From Pocillopora damicornis (taxonomy: Eukaryota), in NCBI RefSeq assembly GCF_003704095.1, contig NW_020845812.1:744001-808000 (forward strand): a stretch of 64,000 nt of DNA, given 5' to 3'. The notes under the pieces were generated by a model that saw nothing but the letters and a program-made list of their open reading frames with translations, did no database searches and had not been told where the DNA came from. Shown one piece after another: positions 50,001 to 61,401 of this stretch; positions within the stretch are counted from its first letter, which is position 1; every line of letters begins with the position of its first letter. The translations under genes were made by a program, and so were the position numbers.

Positions 50001-53000
50001 TTTTCGGGAGGTAGGGGGGTACTCGTTAAGATATCATTATTTAATTCTCCTCTGTACTTAAAGCAGCTGAACTATCGTATTTGTCTATTGGTTAGTTCAC
50101 GTTTCATTTTTAACCTTCCTTGCAGAGAATGACTTGACGTACAAACACTCGTGCTCCAATATAAACAATCTGATGATATGGTTCATAATAAATAATCCCT
50201 TTGATTTAAGTGTATGATGATGCTGCGTCGGGCACTTAACTTCCACATCTGATACGTCTTGCAGATAATTAACAATTATTCACCGAAGTGTAGGTGGTTA
50301 GTGGTGGATATTTACCAAGTCACGAAGCGGCGAGGTAAACATCCATCTCCAGCCACCGTCTCTGAGCTGAAAAGTTCTTATAACACATCATTTATTCCTG
50401 TAACGATTACTTTTTTTTCGGGGTGCAAATCCAGCGCGAATTGCTGAGAGGTGAATAGCAAAGGAGTTTGAATAGCCAATCAGAGCGCGCCTTTAACGCT
50501 ATCCACTGTTTCAGTAGACACTAATGAAAGATATCAGAGAGGTCGTGGATGAATAGAATTGGATAATATTATATTGACAGGAAGAAAACAGAGGTGAAAT
50601 TCTTTTTGGAGCCAATTTTTGTAGAGAACTGTTCCTCTGACAATTAAGATATTCCCATGATCAATAACAGATTCTATTTCTTTAACAACTCCTAGGAATG
50701 AAGGACATGTACGAACAAGTGTTGAAGTATGGCGCCTATATTGTCGACGCACTGCGAGAATATGAACAGCCAGTGTTTATTTACCTCCCTCCAAATGGAG
50801 AACTTCGGGGAGGAGCATGGGTCGTAGTGGATCCAACAATCAACCCTGATATGATGGAGATGTACGCTGACCAAGAAAGCAGGTAAGATGACCTTGAAAA
50901 CTCGTATAAAATAACATTGCTATGCTTTAACTTTTTCTTACGGCAACTGTATACACTGAGTCAAATTACGAGCCACAAGGCTTATACCGTTAGTGCTTTT
51001 ACCCCGGGTTCATTGGCATGAGGCGACTTGGGTTATACTTCGACCTTGCATTTCTGAAATTTTCCCTGAACAGTTTCTAGTATCCATTTAAACTACTGGG
51101 TGGAGATAGGCACTGACAGAGGAAAGGGTCTTTCCAAATAACACAACACACTGACCCGATCAAGTTTCAAACTCACTTCTTACCGCTTTCCGGCCAACAG
51201 GAGTACATAATACGCTTTTTCTAGTGAATTTCTATCGACAGAAAGGTATCAAATTATTAATATTTTGCTCCTGCGGCCTGCACTCTGAGAAAAAAGATAT
51301 ATAAAACTACAACGCAATGCTTCAGACGAAAGGCTTGAAATACTTCTTCGACGGGTGGTAAATAGATTCATGGCCAGGACCTTTTATATATGTACGCAAT
51401 GAGAACAGAACACACAAGACACTCTGTTTTATCTTTTTCGTCTCGCAGAGGTGGAGTACTTGAACCTGCCGGTACAGTGGAAATCAAGTTCCGACGTAAG
51501 GATCTTGTAAAAGCCATGCACAGATTGGATGCCAAATNNNNNNNNNNNNNNNNNNNNNNNNNNNNNNNNNNNNNNNNNNNNNNNNNNNNNNNNNNNNNNN
51601 NNNNNNNNNNNNNNNNNNNNNNNNNNNNNNNNNNNNNNNNNNNNNNNNNNNNNNNNNNNNNNNNNNNNNNNNNNNNNNNNNNNNNNNNNNNNNNNNNNNN
51701 NNNNNNNNNNNNNNNNNNNNNNNNNNNNNNNNNNNNNNNNNNNNNNNNNNNNNNNNNNNNNNNNNNNNNNNNNNNNNNNNNNNNNNNNNNNNNTGCGGAA
51801 TCCCATCCCGTTTTTGAAAGCACTTGACGCTTCGAAATCTCGTTAATTTTAACTGAGCGACTTTGTTTCAGAGTTACCAGTCAAAGAACGTAAAACACTG
51901 GAGAGGCAGCAGAAGGAACGAGAGGAACTGTTACTACCCATTTATCAACAGGTATGGTGAACTTGAATGAGATCCTAGTCAAGAAATATCATGCAGATAT
52001 TGACTTAAAGTAGGAAAAGTACGTATGTGTTATCATTGTAAACTTTTAGTCAAGACTTTCATGCAAGAAACGGGCCAATCAATGTTGACATAGACCATCC
52101 AGGGTGAAAAATCGAGTGCTGAAGAAAACCGAGAAATCCGTCAATCAATTGCGTTTAGTTATGGATAGTGATAAAAGGTTGGGATCTGTTGTGCGTTAAG
52201 TAATCATCTACATCACGAGTTCTTAATTTGATCTTTGTACTTCCCGTTCACAGATTTCAGTTGAGTTTGCTGATCTTCATGATACTCCAGGGCGTATGCA
52301 AGAAAAGGGAGTCATATCTGTAAGTTCATTTTAATTGCTGGTCGTCCCAATTTCAGTCGTTTCGTATTTCGTCACCGTCGTTATTATCGTCGTCTGTGCC
52401 AACTGCTAAACGGAAGAAGCATTCAAACAATGTATAGTTTGAATGTCCTTTTCCCCCTTTCCAAAAAATAAACAGAGCCAAGCGAGCTATTAATTCAAAA
52501 ATGCTTAGGGTTGGGTGGGTCGAAACTGGATTAAAGATACGTAACCCTAACCTGTTGTGGCTCAAAGTACTCGGCCCTGATGCGAAAAAAAAAGGGAATT
52601 TCGATTCAACTTTTGAGTTCATTCCCTGTTAGAATGTAACATTTGTGACTTTCTTTCACTTTTTAGGAAGTTCTCAAGTGGAAGGAGTCCCGCCAGTTCT
52701 TTTACTGGCGCCTAAGGCGAATTTTGATGACCAGAGACGCTAAAAAGAAGATCAGGAAGGCTAATCCGTAAGAAATCAGTGCAGTTACTTCTGAGCACAA
52801 AATGCGATAACATTCGTAAAGTCAATTTCTTTGTTTTGCTTTTCATAGCGATATTTCAAGCCCTCAGCTCTGCTCCATGTTGGAAAGATTGTTTCTAGAG
52901 GCACACGGGAACACCAAGGTAAACATCCCTTCTTGAACTTTGTACCAACATTAACTCATTGATTTTGTCCACTCAAAAACTTTTGACTCGGTGCACATCG

Positions 53001-53792
53001 TTAGTGGAACTGTTTCCTTCTCCCTTGTTTGAAAGAAAGTAATCTGTTCTCTCGTAAATGTATTCTCTGTTCTTCTTATGCTGCAGTCTTACTTGTGGAA
53101 TGACAACAAATCAGTTGTGGAGTGGCTGGAGAAGGAAGCGAGTCTAAATGAACACTCTGTCATTGACGAAAATGTGAAGTGGATAAGCAGGGATTGGATC
53201 CTAAGACAGATTAAGACGTAAGTATCCCTTCAAAATCGTTCTTTCCTTCTATGCCATGAGCGTAAACATTCAACCCGGTCATTGTCTGAAAAGAAAGAGA
53301 CAAGAGATCGATCTCAAATATCAGTCGTAACGAAGAGAGTATACCACGGCATGAGAAATATTGGAAAAAATGTCTATGAAAATGATATTCTGAACCTTGC
53401 ATATCGGATTCGAAATGTTGTAACGTTTATTTGTATCACCCCTTCACATCCTAACATCAGAGTACATATTCCCTGCACCACTGTGTACACATTTTCTATG
53501 ATACCGACAAAGAGAATTTGTGTTTAACAGTCAAGAGTTCCTTCAGTTGAGGGTCATTTCCTACTATTTGTAGCAAATTTTTATCATGTCACGATTTTGA
53601 TGCTTGGTAGGTAAGAGCTTCTATTTCATCCACTGTAGACTTGTACAAGAAAATCCTGAAGTTGCAATGGACTCTATTGTACACATTACCCAGCAAATGA
53701 CTGCTGCCAAACGTGCGCAGGTTTCCAAGATTTTGGCTGCCATGGACTCTGGTAGTACTGTGGATAATTCAAATGGCGAGTCTGCCAGCTAA
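20092..53792 (+). CDS. ACC: Acetyl-CoA carboxylase, eukaryotic multidomain BC-BT-BCCP-CD-CT (ACACA/ACACB co-orthologue), about 70 coding exons
   Basis: Exons include 20092-20175, 21150-21338 ([13 protein letters not shown]), 21665-21784, 22369-22450 ([11 protein letters not shown]), 22954-23052, 23511-23731 ([15 protein letters not shown]), 24171-24327 ([15 protein letters not shown]), 24741-24854, 25027-25086 (VEHPCTE), 27137-27300 ([10 protein letters not shown]), 27790-27940, 31560-31644 with 32072-32115 (AEIE|VMKM biotinylation motif), 40259-40399 ([13 protein letters not shown]), 43810-43878 ([10 protein letters not shown]), 45832-45969 ([12 protein letters not shown]), 46976-47073 ([11 protein letters not shown]), 49884-50010 ([25 protein letters not shown]), 50696-50882 ([10 protein letters not shown]), 52254-52320 ([11 protein letters not shown]) and 53639-53792 (TAA). 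Parts of exons fall in N gaps 44204-44446 and 51538-51793. Confidence 0.97.
21981..22137. repeat. ~80-bp tandem duplication in an ACC intron
   Basis: TTAACAAAAGATTCAAA...ATCTCACCCACTGA...ATCTGTT at 21981 and 22061. Confidence 0.85.
26129..26825. mobile_element. Tc1/mariner-type MITE (~700 bp, TA target duplication) in an ACC intron
   Basis: TA|CAGTAATAACCCGCATATAAGAACC ... GGTTCTTATACGCGGGTTATTAACTG|TA, with repeated subterminal TAGCCTAA..AGGTTCTTA motifs at both ends. Confidence 0.85.
29036..29179 (+). mobile_element. Penelope/retrozyme-like short retroinsertion with a 17-bp target-site duplication and a decayed hammerhead core
   Basis: ATACATTATAACATAGC occurs exactly at 29019-29035 and 29180-29196. 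The insert starts ATGAAGAGCTAACGTTCGAAACGCCAGC and ends CCACCGACGCAGCACCACAGTTCCTTTAGAAACTTACCCCTTT. Confidence 0.75.
30478..30736 (+). repeat. Dispersed ~260-bp repeat, related copy at 50268-50525
   Basis: Shared AATTATTC..CGA.GTG.AGGT, ATCCAC, GAGGTGAA.AG and TAGCCAATC.G.GCGCG blocks. Confidence 0.6.
31816..32001. mobile_element. Inverted plus direct Penelope/retrozyme-like fragments of the same family as 29036-29179
   Basis: Arms 31827-31884 and 31899-31956 are reverse complements (49/58 identical by hand count) and both contain TCGAAA.GTCAGCTTT. Confidence 0.7.
35733..35754. repeat. Poly-C tract
   Basis: Run of about 22 C in an ACC intron. Confidence 0.9.
42850..43031 (-). mobile_element. 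TTAA MITE, copy 2 (diverged)
   Basis: TCTAATTTCTTCTCACAATATCAC...CAGTGTGGAGAATA...AAAGGTTTAA is similar to 12821-13034. Confidence 0.7.
48090..48255 (+). mobile_element. tRNA-derived SINE
   Basis: GGAGGCAGTGTGGCCGAGTGGTTAAGGCG contains a Pol III A box (TGGCCGAGTGG, 48102-48112), followed by a partial B box (CCCGGGTTC), a non-tRNA body and an AT-rich tail. Confidence 0.7.
50268..50525 (+). repeat. Dispersed repeat with an internal imperfect palindrome
   Basis: GGTGGTTAGTGGTGGATATTTACC...GGTAAACATCCATCTCCAGCCACC hairpin; related to 30478-30736. Confidence 0.65.
53436..53605 (+). mobile_element. TTAA MITE, copy 3 (partial) in the last ACC intron
   Basis: CCCTTCACATCCTAACATCAG...AGAGAATTTGTGTTTAACAGTCAAGAG...GGTCATTTCC matches 57527-57738. 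Confidence 0.7.
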
Positions 53793-54900
53793 AACGCAAA
53801 TTTTGATTTGACTCCGACTTGCTATGACTGTAGCATGTAAATAGTCGATTGTTCAGGGGAAATGTTTTTTTTAAGAGACAGAACTCCGTCAACTCTTTCT
53901 CTTACTTATCGCGAACAAATTTTCAAACTTTGATGAGATTTCCCCCCATGTGAAAGTCATTTTACCAAAGTTACTTTCATTTCCAGGCACTTTAATTCGT
54001 TCTTAGATACTAGTACCAGGAATGTAGAAAGATAATGCAATTCATTCACCTGGATAACGAAAAGTATTTCTGCAGAAAGTCGAACAGTAAATGCAAGTAT
54101 TATCATTGTGTGGTTTTTGCTTCTAAAGAGTACTCCCACACGCGATTACCCTCAAACCTCGCCGTGGAATTTGAGTTGACGGAGTTCTGCAGTTTACGTT
54201 ATAAAGTCCATATTGGTAACATATCGCATGCTTTGTCGCTAAAAAAAAAGAAGATATCTTGCCTCGAAAAGGTATAAATAAGAACAAAAAATTGAATGTT
54301 TTCCTCAAGTGAACGAAGAGAGAGGTTGCTTTTAGAGGGAACGAGTACTAGTATATTTAAAAGAACAAATTTGTCTTAAGGCAAATATTTAATATTTGCA
54401 GTGGAGTAGTTTTTCTCCAGTAGGTTGCTATTAAATCTCGTGCCTCTTAAAGTTTCTTCAAACTTATCAGTGTAACTGACATAAAGATCTTGATGTTGAC
54501 AAAGAAGGGATATTTCTAATGAGGCTGGGAGTCAGGCTTATCGGAATGCCACCGTATTAAAAAACTGAAGTGGCTGATAACTCGATACCAGGAGGCTGAT
54601 AGGAATAATGTGCCTTCCCTGTGTTACCATATGGTCTAAATGATGATTATAGTTGAAAGTGATAAAATTGCCATAAGAAAGTTGTTTAATTGAGGGATGA
54701 CAAACTCGATAGGTTTATATTTATAATGACGTGATTCTTTTTTTTCCCAAGCTGTGTGGTTCAGATTGTATTCTATGATTTTGAAACGATATTTTCTTTT
54801 ACGTTGAATTAAATTTAAAGGTAGTTCTCTTTTGTCAATTCACTTAATTCAGCTTAGTGCGCCATTCAATCTCAAAGAATGAAAGTTAAGAAAATCAATC

Positions 54901-54910
54901 AATAAATAAA
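54901..54910 (+). terminator. Candidate ACC polyadenylation signal
   Basis: AATAAATAAA about 1.1 kb after the stop, followed by T-rich sequence. Confidence 0.45.
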
Positions 54911-55142
54911 AACGTGAATTAAATTTTCCTGATTATGTTTTTCATTTTCAAGGTTTTCTACAAGTAGATTTTGAAGAATTTCACTCAAGCAGTGATTTTA
55001 CAAAAAAAAATTGTCATTAAATCGACCATGATCATAATTTTTTATTCCTTAATACCATCAATCAGTTTGCTTTGTTGACCCATTCGTTGAGTAAATATAA
55101 GATGTACTGAAAATGAACACAAGGTTTAAATAAATTCAAACT

Positions 55143-55148
55143 TTTATT
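55143..55148 (-). terminator. Candidate METTL25 polyadenylation signal
   Basis: TTTATT (AATAAA on the minus strand) about 320 bp after the stop. Confidence 0.45.
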
Positions 55149-55463
55149 ATAAAGTCTGTGGTACTTTGTAGTTTAGATTTCTCCGTCTTGGTCATTCGAA
55201 TAAAGGTCAAACATGCCTGATATAAAAAGAAAGCAACATACGTTACTAGACTTTCCACAACCCAAAGGCGCAGGAATCGGGCTATTTATTGCATGTATAA
55301 GTTTGACCTTGTAAAGAATGGAACTTGGTATCCGAGTATAATGAGTCGAAATGACATGTTAACAAAGCTTTGATATACCTAGGTACTGATTGAAACTCTC
55401 TCTCTGCTCTGCCACTGAAAACATTCCCTGACAATCTCCTCCTCTTTTGGGGAAAGTAGATTG

Positions 55464-55952
55464 TCAAGCTTTAGAAGCAATGATAGAATAACATCTCGGG
55501 GACCTCACAGGATCAAATAGCCGCACGATACAAGCAGAATTGTGACCCTGCAAAATAAAAAAAAATGTGAGAGGGGAGGTGCAGAAGCTTGCATCAGCTT
55601 CATAATTACGAGCAGTAATCAAAGACAGTTACTAAGAAAGGTTACCTGTTCATGTAAATAGAAAAGTCTGTCCAGCAGGAAAACACTTTCAATGCAAGGG
55701 GCGATAGCTGCTCTCAACTGTTAACAGAAATTGAATGTAGTATATATAAATATATATATAATATATGTGTTTTTTTTTGTGGACTTCTACTAATTAAAGT
55801 AAATGGAATGTAAATGACATTAAAGATGCTAGGAAGGTAAGAAAAGTTAAATTATCAATCCATCTCTCGGTTACAGGTTTTTGTTGATTATTGCATGTGG
55901 GGCAAAAATTTCTGAATGCTTATGGCCCGAGACAGAGGGCATTTATTCTTAT

Positions 55953-55990
<38 letters not shown>

Positions 55991-58900
55991 CTTGATGCTG
56001 ATTGGTTATAAGTTGCCTAGCAACAAAGCATTATTGTTGAGATTTGTTGCTGATTAAATTTTTTTGCAACAATGGCTTCCCGTTTAGTTGAAGCCACGAA
56101 GACTTCATTGAGGAACTGAAGCACAACAGCAAGAACAAAAACACTAAATGAAGTACACTTTATTGCACAAAGCATTAAAAGAGCCACAAACAGCCTGTCA
56201 TAAACTGTAAAAGCAAAACTGGAGAATTGAAGACAAGTAACATTGTTGCAGTTGGGTAAATCTTCTCTGAGATGTTATTTAAACAAATGTGAACACTTTC
56301 CATAGTTTGCGCAATGTGAAAAACATCATCTTCACTCTTTCAAATATTTCACATAAACGAAAGTTCAGAGGAAATTGCTGAGAGCTGATTATAACAGCTT
56401 CTCAGAATGGGTATGTCATTTCACATATTACATCTATGCATAGCTTGCTCTCCACCCCTTTCACATGAACGTAAAGAGTCTGAAACATAGTGTATGACTC
56501 CTCACCTGATGGAAGGCATGCAGATGCCTCTCATGGTGTTTAAATCTTGTCAGGTAAGAGTTCACTTCTTCATCAGACAACTGTAAATTGCACAAAAAAT
56601 GCATGTGTTGTTTGTTCTGGGAGAAAACCATAAGAACCCCCTTAATTATTAACCCAAAAAATTAAAGAGAAAGGAATAGAAAGGATGCAAAGGAAAGGAA
56701 ACAGAAAGAAAATTGCTAAGACATACCAAAGAAATTAAGACAAAGACTGTATGTACAATGTACTTTGATTCCTCGTTGGCACCTTATGATGCCTTCCTTC
56801 CCTTAAGCTGGCCTTTGCGATTTTGTTTGTTTTGGTTTTGCAACACCAAATCAAAAAGCCCTCTACAGCACAAAGTTGCTATCAATACAAACCTCACTTA
56901 TTTTGTCCTTTAATCCAAGCTTATAAAGGCATTTATTAACATACTCCTTGAAATCCTTACATTTTGCACCAGCTTTGCCAACTCGCATTCCACTACAAAT
57001 GTTTGAAAAAACAATTAAAGTTAAGATGGGCATTCTTCTAGGAAATCTGCCCTTTGCTTAACAATGAGATACCTAAATATTGCTTGATGTTATTCCAAGA
57101 AAAAATTAACCGCCAAGGAGAATCTACACACAGAGTAAGCTGAACCTAGAATAATTGATGAACCAAAATTGCATAATGGTTGGCTGCTATTTCTTTTACT
57201 ATAATTGTGATGCCTGGTAAGTAGGAAAGAGATATATGCTCTCTTTTCTTGTGATAAATGTTTACCATATTCCTTTCTGTAATAGTTAGTTATTTGCATA
57301 AATAAGTGACTTCAAAATTATAATGTTCACCAACCTTCCATCCAAACCAAACTTTTCTTTCAAAATGACCTGTTATAAAGTAAATTTACCTCATGTAAGT
57401 TAACTATTGCCAAAGTGGCTCTATATATGAAAACAGACTTCTCAAAGTACAGTCTATCATATTCTTCAAGCTAGGTCCTCAAAGAAAAATTAATGAATTG
57501 TAATGATTCTCATACATGAAAATGTATCAACCCTTTACACACTAAAATCAGTATGTAAATTCTCTACACTGCTCTCTATACATTTCCTAAGCTACAAACA
57601 AGGAGAATTTGTTGAACAATCAAGAGCTTCTTCGGTTGGTGATCATTTTCTCTTTTCTTACGACTTTAAAGTTTGATTCAGGGGTGATATTGTAAGGAGA
57701 AATAATACGCTAGTCACTCCTATGTGTCTGCGGGTTAATGGCCTTACGGCATGACTAAATATGTCAATGACTTCCTAAACCTTTCGAAATTTTTGTGGTG
57801 ATTCTTTGCTAAATCAACTTAAATCTTGTGTCTTACATCCTTTCAATCAAAACCATGGCTTCATCAGCACAAAGCACCCAGTTGGAGTAGAAAAAGAGAC
57901 TTAGTAATTAAACATACAATGTATGTCTAATTAGTCAATGTAATAAATAATGACAATAGCAATAATTACATACCTGAAGAATTGCTCTATACAGAACACT
58001 AGGAGGGGGACACTATATGAAAAGAACACAAAAGAAAAATTCTACAATTATCCATATATGTCTTTGAAACATCTATAGTCTGATCGTTAGTCGTCTAACC
58101 ATGTTGTTATTAACCAAAACAGGAAATATGAAATCTCACAAAAACAAACCCATCTGTTTTTGCAGGTAAACAAATTGTTTATATTCAAAATTGTCATGTC
58201 ATTGCACTCTCTTATTAAATCCATGGTTGGACTGAATAATTACTGTAAATACTGTTTCTTTACAAATTCACCTGGGATTCTGAAGATATTCTGTCTGCAG
58301 CCTGCAAAGAAAGAAAACAAAATTAATGTCATAATTGGGCATGTGTGCATACAGCATACATGTATGTCATAAAAATTACCATTGTGGGTGCCTAACAACA
58401 TTTTAAATGGAAGGCACAAGATTTTAAACCTCACATGCCAGAATTTCTGGGAAGAACGTAATGAAAATCTGAAAGTGGTCAAAGGGCCTAGAGTAGTTTT
58501 TAAAAGTCTATTGAAAAATGTGATTCATGGAAATATTTTATGTGGTTATACATTCCACCTTCAGTAGTCAGATATTATTTCTTTAATAAAAAGCAGTAAA
58601 ATGGTGAATTTGAGAAACCAAGTATTTAATGTAATTTGTCACCTGCTGTGCAACCATTGTAGCATTCCTGCTTATCTGAAGTTGAAATGGCTTCAAGAAC
58701 TGGCTCATTGGAAAACCTGGAATGTTATCAGAATCAATGGATCCTCTAGAAAAAGCTGCAGAAATACAAGGAATTGGAACCAATCTTTGGCTACATAACA
58801 CTTTCCTGTACTCTGTAATTATAGTTTGACAAACAGTTGTGCAAGTCACCATATATCTATATATAATTACAATGTGTATTTACTTCTTGTCGTGATCATT

Positions 58901-60695
58901 TTATTTGACGACACTTAGTAAACTGCATAAATCAGGTTGAACACTGCACAGAGAAAGAGCTTGCAATTTCAGGGTTATTATACACAAAACAGCACAGCAC
59001 ACAACCCAGGAGTATACATGATTACTTGAGAAAACTGAAAGAGAAATAAAACTGTTAGGCAGTAACCTGCTGTCTCATTACCCAAGAGTCTACAGGGGTA
59101 CCTGAGGAACTTTACATGAGGGAAAGTGACAAATTGCTTGGCANNNNNNNNNNNNNNNNNNNNNNNNNNNNNNNNNNNNNNNNNNNNNNNNNNNNNNNNN
59201 NNNNNNNNNNNNNNNNNNNNNNNNNNNNNNNNNNNNNNNNNNNNNNNNNNNNNNNNNNNNNNNNNNNNNNNNNNNNNNNNNNNNNNNNNNNNNNNNNNNN
59301 NNNNNNNNNNNNNNNNNNNNNNNNNNNNNNNNNNNNNNNNNNNNNNNNNNNNNNNNNNNNNNNNNNNNNNNNNNNNNNNNNNNNNNNNNNNNNNNNNNNN
59401 NNNNNNNNNNNNNNNNNNNNNNNNNNNNNNNNNNNNNNNNNNNNNNNNNNNNNNNNNNNNNNNNNNNTTGAAAATATTCTCAGTGCAGTTGGAGCTAAGT
59501 CACCACATGTGTGCAAACCAACTATGAACATGCCATTGCATTCAATGTTCTCCCCATCTGAAGGGGTTCCCAGTTCATCAAAAATTTTAGTTAGTGTTCC
59601 ATTAGAAATATATGACTGATCAACAAACCCAGAGACAGGGACAAATGAAGTTAGGCTTGGTGCACATGTATATGATTGTTTTAATTCCCCAGTCATATCA
59701 TTCTCAGAATATAAGCATCTATGGACAGCATCAGATGATCCCTTACATGTGACTCTGCTGTCACCCTGTGGACTGGAAGATAATGATGAGGAAGACCTGT
59801 GTAAAGCTCTTTTTTTATCACTATCCTCACAAAAGTGGTTGCAAAGATGTAAAGAACCATCACAACAAGAAGGAGAAGCCTCTGATACAGTATCACTCCT
59901 CAATGAGCCATTATTCTCTCTTTTGGACTTTTTGACAAGTCCTGACCACACTTTCAAAAGCCTCTCATTTCTCCTGGCTGCATTTTGTGTATTGCCATCA
60001 GAGGAATCAACACCAACTACCTTTAATCCATACTGCAATGCTAAACACTGACTCAGGTAGCCTTTACCACTTCCAAGATCCAAAATCTAAAAAAAATAAA
60101 AGTTCAGTATTCACCAAAATATAATGGAGCGAAATTACAAGGCCATAAACTTGTATCTTACGGGTTTAGATGGAAGATACTTAAATCAATAGCCATGGAA
60201 AGCGTAGAAATATATCTGCTCCATCACAAGCTTTTAATTTACCTTATTGACTTGGAATCGCTTTGCTAATCTACTAATCACATCCGACATCACATCGACC
60301 TCGTACGATTTCTTTGGTGTCATGATATGAGAAATAAAATTCACTTTGCTGTTGCTAGTAAACTCCCTTTGATCTTTCACCCAAGTAAAACTCTTAAGTT
60401 GAGCTTGCCTCGATTCCTCGAGAAACAATCTCAGGTGTTCACCGAGTGTTCTGTATTCTTCTGAAGTATTATCATAAGCCAAAGTAGGTAGGTGAGTGAG
60501 TTGCTTGTGTGAAAGTGATTCGAGATCTTCTCTAAGTTGAGGCGATAAAAGGGATTCCCAGTGATTGGAAGTGAAGAATTCAACCATATGGGCATCCATC
60601 AATTCCTTCTTACTTTCTAAATAAGCAATCAAACGTTTAAAATCTTCGTTCAAGTGGTCTAGATTCGGATTACTAGTTGCTTGTATGGACGCCAT
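55464..60695 (-). CDS. METTL25: Methyltransferase-like protein 25 (spliced)
   Basis: Minus-strand exons 60695-60243 (DAHMVEFFT, MTPKKSYEV), 60086 to the gap at 59468 (ILDLGSGKGYLS SAM motif I, VGLHTCGDL), 58745-58643 (GFPMS...RNATMVAQQ), 58301-58272, 58012-57974 (LYRAILQ), 57369-57335, 56992-56893 (RVGK), 56580-56506, 55717-55646 (APCIESVFLLDRL) and 55547-55464 (LFDPVRSPRCYSIIA, TGA). The C-terminal FDPxxSPRCY fits METTL25 better than METTL25B/RRNAD1. Gap 59143-59467 hides part of the CDS. Confidence 0.9.
57527..57738 (+). mobile_element. TTAA MITE, copy 4
   Basis: TCAACCCTTTACAC...GGAGAATTTGTT...TGATTCAGGGGTGATATTGTAAGGAGAAAT...CGGGTTAA. Confidence 0.8.
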
Positions 60696-61242
60696 GTTGG
60701 ATATTGGGATAGAGTAAAGACTGGTCTCTAGTTACCAGTACCAAAGTAGCGTGCTCTTTTAAAGTATTCCATGGCAAGCAAATCTTGCAATCGATTGGGC
60801 AAAAGGCGGCTCTAAACTGAAACTCTATGGAGGTTTTGCATTCGGGAAAAATCTGAAAATCAGGGGGATTCCGAAAGAAAACAAGCATTTTAAGCATTGT
60901 TTCGTAGGTTCAAGGAAACTTCCTGTAACCATTTTCTGAAAACCTTATTGTTTTTTCTCAGAAGAGCGAACGGCTTCTGTTGCGTTATAGGGCAAGAGGA
61001 AACGGTGCGTTTTCAGCGATTGAAAAGAGAATTGAGAGGGGGATGGGTAAGGATGCATTTAACCGCGCTTTTGCTGATAAAATTTTCAGAAACTTCATGT
61101 AGGTAAAGGGATACCAAGAAGAAAAATTGGTTTCTATTTCAGGACAAAGTACCTTGTAACCATTCTTTGTTGCGTGCAAAGGTAATACCAGAACATCCCC
61201 CGCCGACATTCTCAGAAATTCCTGATCATTCGTTGATACAAA

Positions 61243-61346
61243 TGACGTCATTCAATCCTCCTAAAACAAGTTCCTGCCTTGAAGTGCCCTGCTGGATTGA
61301 GGTCACCAACTTGGTGGTATCTGTTTTCTGTGCATGCTATAAAAGA
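61243..61346 (+). promoter_or_regulatory. Core promoter of the furin-repeat gene: palindromic CRE plus TATA box
   Basis: TGACGTCA at 61243-61250 and TATAAAAG at 61338-61345, about 60 bp before ATG 61402. Confidence 0.5.
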
Positions 61347-61401
61347 TAGATCGAATTGCCTTGCGTGCATTGGAAAGTTGCCATTTGTACGTTTAGCAAT
61401 C

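Noticed and set aside
53790-54900. Stop-codon readthrough or SECIS in the ACC 3' region
   Set aside because: The stop is TAA without a readthrough context, no in-frame TGA was seen in the assembled exons, and no convincing SECIS fold was seen by eye.
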